A stretch of DNA of 64,000 nt from Hyaloraphidium curvatum SAG 235-1 (Eukaryota; Fungi; Monoblepharomycota). A program made the position numbers and the translations under genes. Shown here piece after piece: positions 1 to 10,700 of the stretch (the first letter of the stretch is position 1; every line of letters begins with the position of its first letter). The notes under the pieces were generated by a model. It worked only from the letters and a program-made list of their open reading frames with translations. It was not told the origin of the DNA and made no database searches. The stretch is from NCBI GenBank assembly GCA_025558095.1, contig JAIVFI010000001.1, forward strand, positions 620,001-684,000. Direction: 5' to 3'.

Positions 1-611
1 CCGCCCGCCCCCGGGCTGGCGGCCCTACCCCCCTCCCGGCCCGTGGCCCCGGCCGTACGACTACCCTCCCTACCCTCCGCGCGGATACCCTCCCCGCCCG
101 TATCCGCCTCCCCCGGGATGGTACGGCCGCCCGCCGCCGCCGGGGTGGTACGGCCGGCCCCCGCCGCCGTACTATGGCCCTCCGCGGCCGTACAGGGACG
201 ATTACTACGGTCCGCCGCCGATGGGCCCGCCGGGGCCGGGGTGGGGGCCGCCGCCGGAGGAGGGGTGGGGCGGAGAGGAAGGGTACTACCACCCGGCGGG
301 ACAGGGCGGGCAGCAGGGTCAAGGACAAGGACAGCAGCAGCAGCAGGGTGCGCAGGGTGGGCAGGCGCAGGGCGACGGGCAGGTGGTGCCGTTCGAGAAC
401 ACGCCGCTGAGGCCGCAGGATCCGGCGTGGACGCAGATCATCCCCGGATACTCGACGTGAGTTTCTGCGTTCGCAGAAAGAAGGTTTGCGCTGACGGTTT
501 CGCTGCAGTTACGAAGAACGGCTGGCGCAGCGGCAGGCCAAGAAGCGGCAGAGGGAGCAGGCGCTGGACACGGGGTACGAGTTCACCAAGCACGCGAGGT
601 ACTTGGAGTGA
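1..611 (+). CDS. 3' end of a Pro/Gly/Tyr/Trp-rich low-complexity protein (partial, begins before window)
   Basis: Frame 2 is open from the window start (RPPPGWRPYPPPGPWPRPYDYPPY...QGQGQQQQQ). Intron 457-508 (GTGAGT..GCTGAC..CAG) splices to YEERLAQRQAKKRQREQ...RYLE, stop 609-611. Confidence 0.65.
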
Positions 612-952
612 TGGGGGAGAGCCAGGCGGGCAGCGGAGCTAGCATTGCGCGATGTACGGGCGCGATGCCAAATCGAAAAACATGGAACTCGAACATGTTT
701 GGTGTAGCTCGCAATCTATAGATCCTACACAGTTGTCTCCATGGCCGCCACAATCCCCTCGTCTATCCCGCTCCCGTGAGGCATGGGACAAGTCCATCGA
801 TAGAGCCGTCCTGCAAACCGTGTCCTCCACAACCGAGATCTTCCAACCGTGACTCAGATAGCATCCAATCCAACGTTCTCGTCTATCTAGCCATCTACCT
901 GGAGCGGCCCGATCAGCTCGTGCCCCCCCGCCAAGCCGCCAAACTCACTCAT

Positions 953-2726
953 CTACTTGCGCGGCCCGAAGTTGAGGATCTGCTGCTTGAGCCCGCCGCC
1001 CTTGGGTTTCTGCGCGTTCTCGCTTCCGATCGAGTTGCGCGGGCGCTTGCGCGGCGGCGATGTGGCGGGAGCGGCGGTGGTGGGGGCGGGGGAAGGGGTG
1101 GTGGGGGCGGGGGTGGCGGCGACGGCCGCGCAGGAGGGCGCGGGCTTCGGCGGCGCAGAGGTGGGAAGGGCGGGGGGCGCGATCGCAGGACCGGCGGGGC
1201 CGCCGGAGGAGGCGGCGTTGATGGGCGCGTTCTCGGCGTCCTCAGCGTCCTCGTTCTCGAAGAAGTCCGCGAGATCTTCCTCCTCGTCCGAAACCTCGAT
1301 CGTAGCGGCGCTGCGGCCGGACCTGCGCCTTTCCTGCTCGGCGACGATCAGTTGGGCGAACCTGCGCTTGAGCCCGCGGCCGACTGTGTTCTTGTAGATC
1401 TTTCGCAGCTCCACGAGCACCTCGTCGTCGACCTTTCGGAGAATCTCGTAGATCTTGCTTGTCGCCCCAGTGAGCGTGTCTCGGTCGACGGCGTCCCGCA
1501 GCCCGTGCTTGGCCATGATTTCGCGAACCTTGACGAGCTGCTCCGACGTCGGCCGCTTGGCGGGGACCAATCCGAAAGTCACTTCGTACGGGAAGCCGGG
1601 CAGCGGGCAACTCGGGCCCCCCGGGGTCGAATCCCCGAAAAGGCGCCTGGCCTTTGCGACCGGTCCCTCCTGCGCGCGGAAGTGCTGTTGGGCTGCGGCC
1701 TCGAGCGTTGCGGCGCGCGGCCCGTAGTCGGTTTCGGCCACCACGAGGACGATCGCGTGGTCGCGCATGGCCTTGATCTGGGAGAAGTCGGGGCGTGCCT
1801 TGATGTAGTCGCGCGAAAGGAGGGACCTGTGCTCCGCGGCGGACCGGTGAGCGGCAGTCAGCTGGATCGACGCCCATCCATCATCTCCGAGAACGCGTGC
1901 AATCTCCATTGCGGCGTCGATCTTCTCGTTCAGCGCAGCGAGCTCCTCGGAGTAGGGCTTCTTGCGCACGTCCCAGTCCTTGGCGGCGAGCATCCGGACC
2001 ACGGGCTCGAAAAGAGCGTCGCGGGCGGTCTGGAGGCGGGGGTGCAGCTCCGCGTCGACGAGCTGCATGCACTGGAAGCCGCAGAAGGCCTCGCCCGTCG
2101 TGGAAACACGCCGGGTGGCCGAGCCCTTGCCGCACCCAGGGCGCGCGCAGGTGTAGTAAGCAGGCCGCACCCAGTCCTTGCCATCCTCGAAAAGGTGGGG
2201 CAGCGTACAGTACTTCGACCCGTCCGTAGCGGTGCAGTAGCCTTGGTGCCTCTTGTTGCAGCCCTCCAGGTAGCACTTGGCCCCCTCCGTCAGGTCGGGC
2301 TCCTGACCGCTCTTGCCAAGGCATGCAAAGTTGCAGTTCCAGAGCTTGTTGGCGGCACGGATCTGCAGAAAAATCGAGTCAGCGCATGAAGGAGGAGCTC
2401 GGCCGTGATGCACTCACGTGGCCCTCACCCTTGCCGCACCCCGCGCAGGGTTTCGCCTTGGATGATTTCTCGCGGTCCCACTCCATGTTGGCGTTCTCAA
2501 GGCACTGCTTGTTTGCGTATTTGAGGCCATCCTTGCCCTTGTACTTCGACTGCCGCAGCCGGAGGCAGCCACACGGGCAGAGGTAGTTGGCGGACGCCAC
2601 GGTATCCCACTTGGCCTTGACGTTTTCCTTCTCGAAGCACGACCTGTTTGCGTACACCTTCTTGTCTGTTCCGGTGTACGCGTACGGTTGAACGTCGCAC
2701 CCGCAAGGGCACGGGCCGAAACCCAT
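953..2726 (-). CDS. Protein with five tandem Cys-rich (TRASH/MYM/FCS-like) zinc-finger repeats and a disordered C-terminal tail
   Basis: Exon 2726-2418 (MGFGPCPCGC...), intron 2417-2363 (GTGAGT..CAG), exon 2362-953. Repeats have the form Cx2-4C-x12-17-(Y/F/N)(C/A)x3(C/H). Confidence 0.65.
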
Positions 2727-2893
2727 GACGCTGGGAAAGGGACACGGAACCGCCCCGCCCCTGCCTTCGGCGAGGACAGCGAGGATGGACCCCAGCATTC
2801 TTCGTCGTCGATTTCTCAATCAACTCCGGGACATGCATCACGCCTGTTGTGTGCCGGCAGGTTCATCACGGTCGTCGCATTGCCTTCACGCGG

Positions 2894-2975
2894 CCGGGAA
2901 AGTCGGTCTTCGTGGCGTGTATTACCGTCGCCCGGGAAAGTCGGTCTTCGTGGCGTGTATTACCGTCGCCGGGAA
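2894..2975. repeat. 38-bp direct tandem repeat, about 2.2 copies
   Basis: ccgggaaagtcggtcttcgtggcgtgtattaccgtcgc at 2894-2931 and 2932-2969, followed by a partial cgggaa. Confidence 0.95.
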
Positions 2976-3243
2976 CATCTGCTGTCTGGCGGACCGCAGT
3001 CGAGGCCTCCATTGTGCGTTCCTGGCCGTAGTCTCTGCGTCCCGCCGGTACGTAGCGTCTTTTCGAGCTGTCTGCAGCGTGGAACGATCCGACCGCCGGA
3101 CGACGCGGGCTATCTGCTCCCACGAATACGAATGAAGTTCATGCGCCGGTCCTCGATCTTTAGGTACGCGTTCCATCCATCCTCATCATCTAGTATGGCA
3201 TGCTACGGTGGTCCCTGCGCCCGTCTCCACATCCGGCCGGCCC

Positions 3244-4147
3244 CTACTTGTCCGCAAGAAACTGCTTAACCATCGGAGGGAACGTGACCATGAACACTGT
3301 CTGATATGCGCTCAAACAAGCCTGGTCGTGGCAATCCGTCAGCAAGTTGATCGGCGCTGTGCCGAGGCCGGCGATCACCCACTCTCGGCAACATGGCGGC
3401 GTAGAACCCGAGGAACCCGCGCTCCTGCCAGATCATCTTGACCACCTGCCCCGTGGTGGCCGACTTGTTGCCCTGCGCGTGCAGCGCCTGGATGCGGATC
3501 CGCACGACCTCGGTGGGCTGGTTGATGCAGGCGATGAAGCCGCCGAGGACGCCGCAGCCGATGCGCTCGGCGGTGGTAAGCTTGCCGCCGCGGTACTGCC
3601 TGTAGCGGTCCGTGATGGCGTCGGTGATGCCCTGGCGCAGGGCCCAGTTGGACGCCTGGCGCGCGGCCATGGCGGGCGCGGACGAGTACATGCCGCGCAG
3701 GCCGGCGTTCTTGAGGATCTCGAAGGTCGACTTGCCGTGGCCGTCGGGGCTCTTGAGCTTGTACGTGATGACGTAGGTGAGCGGCGACATGACAACGGTC
3801 TGGGCGACGCCTCCGCCGGCGCCGGCCAGGGCGCCCGCCAGGCCGCCTCCGCGCTCCATGCCGGCGGTGGCGCACGCGTCGAGGATGTACTCCTTGGCGT
3901 ACAGCAGCACGGCGCCCTTGGAGGCGGCCTCGAGACCCTTTGCGTCCCAGCCGGCCCACAGGCCGCGCAGGCCCTTTGGCCCGTAGGCGACCTTCTTCCA
4001 GCTGTCCCAGAACCACTCCTCGGGGTGCGCGCCCTGCCGCGTCTTCCAGATCTCGAGCGGCAGCCCGAGCGTCAGCGCCTCGGTGGTCGCGAGCAGCGCG
4101 CCGACGGCGAGGTCGCGCGGGTCGCCCTTCTGCGCCGCGGGGGCCAT
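3244..4147 (-). CDS. YHM2: Mitochondrial carrier (SLC25), YHM2-like citrate/oxoglutarate carrier
   Basis: Carrier motifs PLEIWKTR, PLTYVIT and PTEVVRIR. Segments EAASKGAVLL, ARQASNWALR and QTVFMV resemble Yhm2. Intron 3382-3322; stop 3246-3244. Confidence 0.8.
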
Positions 4148-4484
4148 GGCGACTGCCGAATCGCGCTAGGCGGCGTGCTCCGCGGGATCCAAAGAGGGAG
4201 ATCGGCGCAACTGCCGGCCTAGGAGTGGTCTAGACGGGCAATGCGGTGCTAGGACCAGGGACGATTTTGTTGGGGATGCGGCGTCGCGTCAGCCGCGATC
4301 ACCCGGTTCCGCACGGTCAGCCGGACTCGCAACCGTCGACACGTCTTCGTGTCTCTCCTGAGCCCGGAGCGCGCGCGGCCGGCCTACCATGCCCTCGCGG
4401 CGCTCAGCCTGAACAGAGGCCCGCGGACGCGCGAGCCCGCCCCCTTTCCTCAACACCCCGCGTTCGCCAGAGTCACCCGCCGCG

Positions 4485-5524
4485 ATGTACACCGCGACGC
4501 CGTACCTCTACTACATGAGCTACCTCGGCTCGGCGCTCGGCTTCTGCTTCATGACGCTGAGCCTGGCCGCGGGGCTGTACTATTTGGCCGAGTTCGTCGA
4601 GGTGCGTTTGCCTGCTTGGCAGGGCAGAGTCGCCGGCTCAACGACCGCGAATGAAATAGGAGTACTCGACGCTGTCGAAAAAAATCATCCGGTACACTTT
4701 ATGGGTGGGTTGACGCGGCAGGAACGGCGGGCGAGGGATGCGCGGGCAGCGGGACGGTCGCCATGTGTCGGATCGGCGTCGTCGCCGACAGCCGGCTCGA
4801 ATCACGCGAAAGCCTTCAAGCGGGAATGGATCTGGCAGCTTGGCACCGGGATGGACCTCTTCTCTCGAGTTACCGCGGACGGAGCTCATTCCTCGCCCTC
4901 CCGCAGACCCTGGTGGTCCTCCACATCCCCCTCCTCGTCGTCGACCGCTTCCCGTGGTGGCGCGTCGGCTTCGGCATCCTCTGCCACCTTTTCTACTCCC
5001 TCCTCCTCAAAACCTTCCCCATGATCAGCCTCACCAGCCCGGAGTTCATCGGCAGCTGCGGTGCGCTTAACTCTCCTGTTGCGCCCGCTTCTTCCCCTGA
5101 ACGATCCCTCCCTCCCGCAGTCCTCGCCGTCGGCGACCACTTCCTCTGGTTCAACTACTTCTCCAGCCGCTACGCCTCCTTCTGGGAGATCTCCACCTTC
5201 TTCGGCATCTTCGTCTGGCTGGTGCCCTTCATGTTCTTCGTCTCGCTGAGCGCGGCGGACAACGTGCTGCCCCTGCAAGGTACCTCCTTTCCCTCCTCTG
5301 TCTGTCTTTTGTGCTCACCGCCCGCAGATCCCTCCCTGAACCGCACCTCCTCCTCCTTCTCCCTCAACGGCGCCCCCGGCGAGGACGGCGGGCTGCGGAT
5401 CAACGTCCGCCGCGGCGGGAAGCGGCGCAACCTGCTCAAGGGGTTCATGGACTTTTTCATCTCGCGGAGGGACGCGGTGCTGCCGCAGAGCGCGAGGGAC
5501 GCGGGGCTGGGGAAGACGATCTGA
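4485..5524 (+). CDS. SVP26: SVP26/TEX261 (Erv26 family) ER-Golgi cargo adaptor
   Basis: Motifs FMTLSLAAGLYYLAEFVEEYS, FPMISLTSPEFI, DHFLWF and VWLVPFMFFVSLSAADNVLP. Introns 4602-4659, 4705-4906, 5061-5120 and about 5280-5327. Confidence 0.9.
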
Positions 5525-5714
5525 GGCGGCCGGGACGGTGTATGGGGGGTGATACCGAGGATGCCAGGCGGAGGGACGGATCGATTGCGGCGCTCGTCTG
5601 TCCTGTTTCTGCTCCGCTTCGGGGACTCATGCCGTCTGCGTGTCCCGCATCAAGTTGGCATCCCCAGGTCCTCAGGTCCCAGGTCGACCAGGTCCCCGCG
5701 CGATTCCCAAACTT

Positions 5715-6815
5715 ATGACGCATTCGCTCTCCTCGCGGCCCCAGAACATTGCTATACTTGTCGCAATCTTCATATGTGGCGCATTGTATTTTTTCCCAGA
5801 CAATGAGTCGCGAGCTCTTGACGTTGGGGATTCGCCCTCCCTGGCACCCGGACGGGCCTCGCGGCAGCGGAAGCTGTTTGCCGGCCTTTCCGAGCAAAGA
5901 CGAGCGTTCGCAGCCTATTCGCTGGCCAAAGAACGCGACTTGGAGGGCATCGCCGGGCCGAAGGAGCGCCAGCTCGCGCGGTGGACGGCCTTGGACGCCG
6001 AGGACGCGAGGCTGGCTACCGACTCTTCCCGCTACTCCACGCGCTGCGGCGTGTGCGGGAGGGTGTACGCTATGGGCGACATCCCGACGGAACGGCGCTT
6101 GGTCGCCAAGTCCCTATTTTCGCCGGGGCCGTTGCTCCGCTTCAACTGCTCGACCTGCGGGGCGGTCTTCGGGCCCGAAAACGTTCTGGCGGTCCATCCT
6201 CAGGTTCTGAGCATGGACTACGCAGACCTTTACTCGCATTACACGGAGGGGTCGGACATCACCCGGACTTTTGAGGTTGCCGCCTTCCGGCGAACACTTG
6301 ACGCGGTGGTCACTGCGCTGCATGGCGACCGCACGGGCAGGCGGCGCCTTCGGCTCCTGGACTACGGATGCGGGATCGGATTGGGCGTCAAGGACATCGT
6401 CGAGAGCGGCATGTTGGAGCAAAGTGCGGCCGAAAAGGGGCTTGCCGGGATCGACGTCGTCGGGTACGATCCGGTAGCGACGGGGCCCCACGTGGTCAAC
6501 AACAAGTCGCTCCTTCTCGCCCAAGGACAGTTCGACGGGATCTTTTCATCGAACGTGCTGGAACACTTCCAGGATCCCGTCGAGGGTGTGCGGGAGCTGC
6601 GGGCGATGCTGCGCCCCAGCGCCTCCTCGGTCGTTGTCTTCGCCACGCCGTGCCAAGGACCGAACCACTACATCTACGAGGGATCCCACTACCACACCCA
6701 CTTCTTTCCGGAATCGGCGCTGCGCGTCTTGGGGGAACGGACGGGGCTCCTTTTGCAGGGCGTCTTCTCATTGAACGAGACATGGCTCAGTGTGTTTCGG
6801 TGGACAGACGGTTGA
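5715..6815 (+). CDS. Membrane-anchored class I SAM-dependent methyltransferase with N-terminal CxxC...CxxC
   Basis: Hydrophobic N-terminus NIAILVAIFICGALYF; CGVC and CSTC; motif I LLDYGCGIG; FDGIFSSNVLEHFQDP; HTHFF. No intron needed. Confidence 0.8.
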   Translation: MTHSLSSRPQNIAILVAIFICGALYFFPDNESRALDVGDSPSLAPGRASRQRKLFAGLSEQRRAFAAYSLAKERDLEGIAGPKERQLARWTALDAEDARLATDSSRYSTRCGVCGRVYAMGDIPTERRLVAKSLFSPGPLLRFNCSTCGAVFGPENVLAVHPQVLSMDYADLYSHYTEGSDITRTFEVAAFRRTLDAVVTALHGDRTGRRRLRLLDYGCGIGLGVKDIVESGMLEQSAAEKGLAGIDVVGYDPVATGPHVVNNKSLLLAQGQFDGIFSSNVLEHFQDPVEGVRELRAMLRPSASSVVVFATPCQGPNHYIYEGSHYHTHFFPESALRVLGERTGLLLQGVFSLNETWLSVFRWTDG

Positions 6816-6860
6816 ACAAGTGCGATCGGCCCTGGTCACCAATAGATACCCCTACACGAA

Positions 6861-8037
6861 CTACTGCAGCGGAATAAGGTCGTACCCGTGCCGCGGGAAG
6901 TGCATGACCACGTCGAACCCGGCCTTGGTCGTGTACCGCACCGCGATCGTCTGGTAGGTCGCCTCCACCAGGGGTCCCGTCACGAAGAAGTCCTTGCCCG
7001 ACCCCCGGAGCTCGTCGCTCAGCACGCTGCGGGGCAAGACGCGGCACATGAGGCGCAGAGCACGGCGGCGGAGCCGGCGAGGAACCCACCCCACGACGTC
7101 GCCCTTCTTCTTGCCGTTGGCGTCCTTCCACTCGCTCGCCAGCTCGGCAAACTCGCCCGCCTTGGAGGCGGCCTCGGCGATCGTGAAGGCCTCCTCCGGC
7201 GTGATGGGCTTGCCCCCGTCGGCGTGCTTGTTGGCCTGCGCCGCCGCGGCGAGCTTATCCAGCCATCCAAGGACGCCGGGGAACTGGGCGAGGAGGTCCT
7301 GGTTGGTGCCGTTGGTCTGACGAGGTCGCCGGTCAGCATCAGGCCGAGAAGAGACGGCATGATCCACGGACCTTCATGAACCAGACCGAGTTGGAGTAGT
7401 GGAGGTCCGCCGTCGACGGCTTCTCCGTGCCCATGATCCAGCCCGTCTTGCTGCCCTTGATCGAGGTCTCGAGGCTGTCGAGGTGGGCCGCGAGCTGGTC
7501 GCGCCAGAGCGGACCGCCGGCTGCCATCGCCTCGACCGGAATCTTGTTCCCAGTCTGGATCCAGGTGTCAGCGCCCCAAACCTCGAGCGGACCGGCAAAA
7601 CTGACCATGCTTTCGCGGTCAGTGATGAACTCCTTCGACGAGACGCTCGTGGCAAACTCCTTGTTGGTGCAAGGAACCTTGTCGGTCCACGGCATAGAAA
7701 GGACGAGGTAGTTGAAGAATCCTTTGAAGTCCGTCACGTAGTAGAGCGCGTCGAGCACGCCGCTGTTGTCCGGGTTGAAGCTGTTCCCCGGGAACCTCCT
7801 GTCCAGCGCCGGAATCGCGCCCACGGTGTCGGCGTAGATGTCCGCGCCGATCTGGAGCACCGGGATCCGGCGGAAATTGCCCGTGAGGTCCGGCGTGAGG
7901 AACGGCCGGGGCATCACGTTGGTGTGGATGCACGACCGCCACGGGATGCCCTTGAGATTCAGCGCGAGCCGGAGCTTCTCGCTGTAGGGCGAGTTGTCGT
8001 AGTGGTGCAGGATCACGGTATCGGCCGGGGACGCCAT
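6861..8037 (-). CDS. Glutathione S-transferase family protein
   Basis: ILHHYDNSPYSEKLR, FRRIPVLQIGADIYADT, PSTADLH and C-terminal VMHFPRHGY. Three short introns of about 51, 55 and 63 nt. Confidence 0.88.
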
Positions 8038-8215
8038 CGCGGATATCTGCTCTTTGGCAGGCCGGGGAAGTTTGGGAGACGGTCGCGTCGGCAGAACGGA
8101 CCCGCGCTGATCTTCTGCTACTGGGTCGGCCAGTCCACCGTCAACACTGGGACAAGCCGCAGACTAGCGCGAGACGAATGAAAACAAAGTGCATTCTCTC
8201 ATTGTTTCAAGGATA

Positions 8216-8816
8216 TCAGAAATCCATCAGGTCGTCAACGTCGCCATCAATGTCCGAATCATCTCCGTCTACGCCCCCGCCCGACGCCTTTGGCGCCGCG
8301 GAAGATGATGGCACGCCAGGTTTCTCGGCCGGATGGTCCCCCGCCTGCCCTGGCGGATCCCTCGGTGTCCGAAATGAGCGGTCCATGGCACGGAGCTGGA
8401 TCTTCTCGGCGGCCGAGACCATCAGCTCCCATTCGCGCGCCTTCGCAAGGTGCTTGACGAGCAAGGCGTGCTTCCGCTCGATCGACTTCTCCAGTTCCTC
8501 GATCTCCTGCTCAGCGAGCTCGCTCAAGGTGCCAGAGGAACGGCGTCGACAACCCCACCTGCTTCAGCGAGATTTCCGGATGTGCCTTGAGCGAATCCAG
8601 CTTGTACGTCGTCAAAAGTGCCCTCAAACGGTATCCGCTCTGGCGGAACGTCGCCAGCTGGGCCGTGAAGTCGGCGCGCTCCTGGTCGGTGAACTTCCTC
8701 GCCGGCGCCGCGTCCGCGGCCCCATCGCCGGGTTCGGGCACGCCCGCCGCGCTGCTGATCCGGACCAGCGCGGCAAGAGACGTCGAGAGCGCGTCCAGCA
8801 GCGCCTCCAGGTCCAT
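8216..8816 (-). CDS. MED28: Mediator subunit 28-like protein
   Basis: After intron 8558-8507 the protein reads PEISLKQEIEELEKSIERKHALLVKHLAKAREW. This matches the recalled metazoan MED28 segment [33 protein letters not shown]. Confidence 0.7.
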
Positions 8817-8931
8817 TTTCGACGCGTCCAGGAGTAGCGGTTCGGGTCGCTGATACTGTACTGAGAGGTCAATTCGACGCACAACGCAATCGCGTCCAGC
8901 TCCCGGCGCTTTCCGTCTTCGTGGCGCCGCG

Positions 8932-9957
8932 ATGCCGGGAGTCTTGTCGACGCTCGGTGCGGGCGTGGCCCTGCTGGCGGGCTCCGCTATCTACGTCTCC
9001 GTGGTCGGAATCCACCTTGTCGAGGACAACCTGGGAACCTTCGTTCGGAAGAACAGAACAACGGGGCTGAAGGAAGTGACCGAGAACTACAGCCAACAGC
9101 TCTCCCGTGTGCTCGGCTCGGACCCTGCGCAGACGCTCACGTACACGGATGCGCTCTTCAAGAGCTACCTCCGCGCCTGGACCCCGTTCGTCTCGCACAA
9201 CGTTCTGGCGGTCCCGTGGCTCCTCTTTCCCTTGCAGTTTGTCGGGCCCCTCCGCCGCGCGTACCCTGGCTTTCACCGCCTCGTGGGCAACCTGCTGGTG
9301 TACACGATCGTGCCCTGCGCCGTGACGGGTGCCTGGCTCGGGATCCACAGCACGCACGGGCTGTTGGCGGCGGCGCCGGGGTGCGCCATCGCGGCAGGCT
9401 CCCTGTTCTATAGCATTTCGGGGTACCTGGCCATCCGGCGGCGGGACGTCGCGACGCACCAGCTGCGCATGACTCAACTCGCGATCTTCCTCATGAGCAT
9501 CCCGCTGTCGAGGCTAAGCGTCGTCGCGACGTGGCCTCTGTCGGGCAAGCTGCCCGAGAACGAGGAAGCGCCCGTGTGGAGGCTCATGGACCAAAACGTG
9601 CCCACGGGCTTGTGGGTCGGTCTCGGCGCGGGGCATTTCATGGCCGATTGGTACGGCCGGACATGGGACGCCGGGAAGGCGGAGTCGGCGGGCGTGCCGC
9701 AAGCGGCGGCGACGGTGGCCGAGGCGAAAGGGGCCGTGGTACCTGCCGCGGACGAACCTCCCGAACTGGCTTCGCGGAGCTCTGCAAAGGCGGAGGCTGG
9801 CGTCGTCGAGCGGAGCGACGCCTCGGCACCTGCAGACCCGGCAGTGGAGGCCGTGAAGCCGGCATCGGACGCACCAGCACTGGAACCGAAGAACGGGGAC
9901 GCTGATCGCGCTCCGCCGAACTCGGCCGCCGCGATCGCAGAACCGAAACCGGTATAG
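8932..9957 (+). CDS. DUF2306-like multi-pass membrane protein with an acidic disordered tail
   Basis: H...PLQFVGPLRRAYPGFHRLVG, several TM helices and AIRRRDVATHQLRM, the histidine pattern typical of DUF2306. Confidence 0.7.
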   Translation: MPGVLSTLGAGVALLAGSAIYVSVVGIHLVEDNLGTFVRKNRTTGLKEVTENYSQQLSRVLGSDPAQTLTYTDALFKSYLRAWTPFVSHNVLAVPWLLFPLQFVGPLRRAYPGFHRLVGNLLVYTIVPCAVTGAWLGIHSTHGLLAAAPGCAIAAGSLFYSISGYLAIRRRDVATHQLRMTQLAIFLMSIPLSRLSVVATWPLSGKLPENEEAPVWRLMDQNVPTGLWVGLGAGHFMADWYGRTWDAGKAESAGVPQAAATVAEAKGAVVPAADEPPELASRSSAKAEAGVVERSDASAPADPAVEAVKPASDAPALEPKNGDADRAPPNSAAAIAEPKPV

Positions 9958-10700
9958 CCGCCCCAATATACAGCGCTCTCATCTATCCTCTTCCTTCCTT
10001 GCCTCGTTGCCTCGCTGCTCTCGCGCCTCTTGGTACATGGTTCTTTCTACAGTCTTCCCGCTCTTCCAACCCCGAGCTCACTGAGCTTGACCTCTCTCGC
10101 CGTCTCTCTCATTCAGGTCGGTACCGATCCAAGGGAAACGGAAAGCCCTTCGGCACTTGGCCTTCGATGAGGCGTTTGTTCGGGAGGGACTCCCAGAACT
10201 GGACCTCATGGGGGGAAAGGAGCGCCCGGAACATCATGCAAACCTCGACCGTCTCCAAGCGCGCCAGCCGATCCCGCATCATGTCGTGGACGTGCTCGGC
10301 GGGCGGGGGCTTGGTGTCGCCCACAGGGAAGAGCTTCAGATGCTTCAGACGTCTCGGCAGGAGGCAGTCATACGCCAGGTGGTTTTGGAGGTCGAGGTAG
10401 TTTTCGATGCCGAATCCCAGTGTTTCTAGGTTGGGGAGAGAAGCTAGGGTGGCCGGCTTGGAGGGGTCGCGGGCGCACATGAAGGCCCACTCTTCATGTA
10501 TGATCTGAACGCGGATGGGGTGCGGTCCGTTAGCGAGGAATGGGTAGCCCGGCAGCGCAGAACTGACCAGGGAAGTCAGCTTCGCGGGGATCTGGCTCGC
10601 AAAGGCGAAGATCACGTTCGGCCTCGTGACGGTCAGAGCCACCGACGTGAGCGCCTCGGAGCGCCTTGCCAGCTTGACCAGCTGATCCGGGATCGCCTGA
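9580..10700. repeat. Left copy of a ~1.1-kb inverted segmental duplication (partner 44600-45690)
   Basis: The 3' end of the DUF2306 gene, the intergenic spacer and the 3' half of the F-box gene align to the reverse complement of 44600-45690. A homologous intron is shared. Confidence 0.9.

Noticed and set aside
678-730. Two small hairpins (aaacatg/catgttt and gtgtag/ctacac) as a Helitron end or terminator
   Set aside because: Stems of 6-7 bp are expected by chance, and there is no properly placed CTRR end or other support.
2894-2975. Possible CRISPR array
   Set aside because: The repeats are directly adjacent with no spacers, there are only two copies, the context is eukaryotic and no cas genes are present.
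4705-4906. Unusually long SVP26 intron as a snoRNA host
   Set aside because: No convincing C/D or H/ACA box arrangement was seen.
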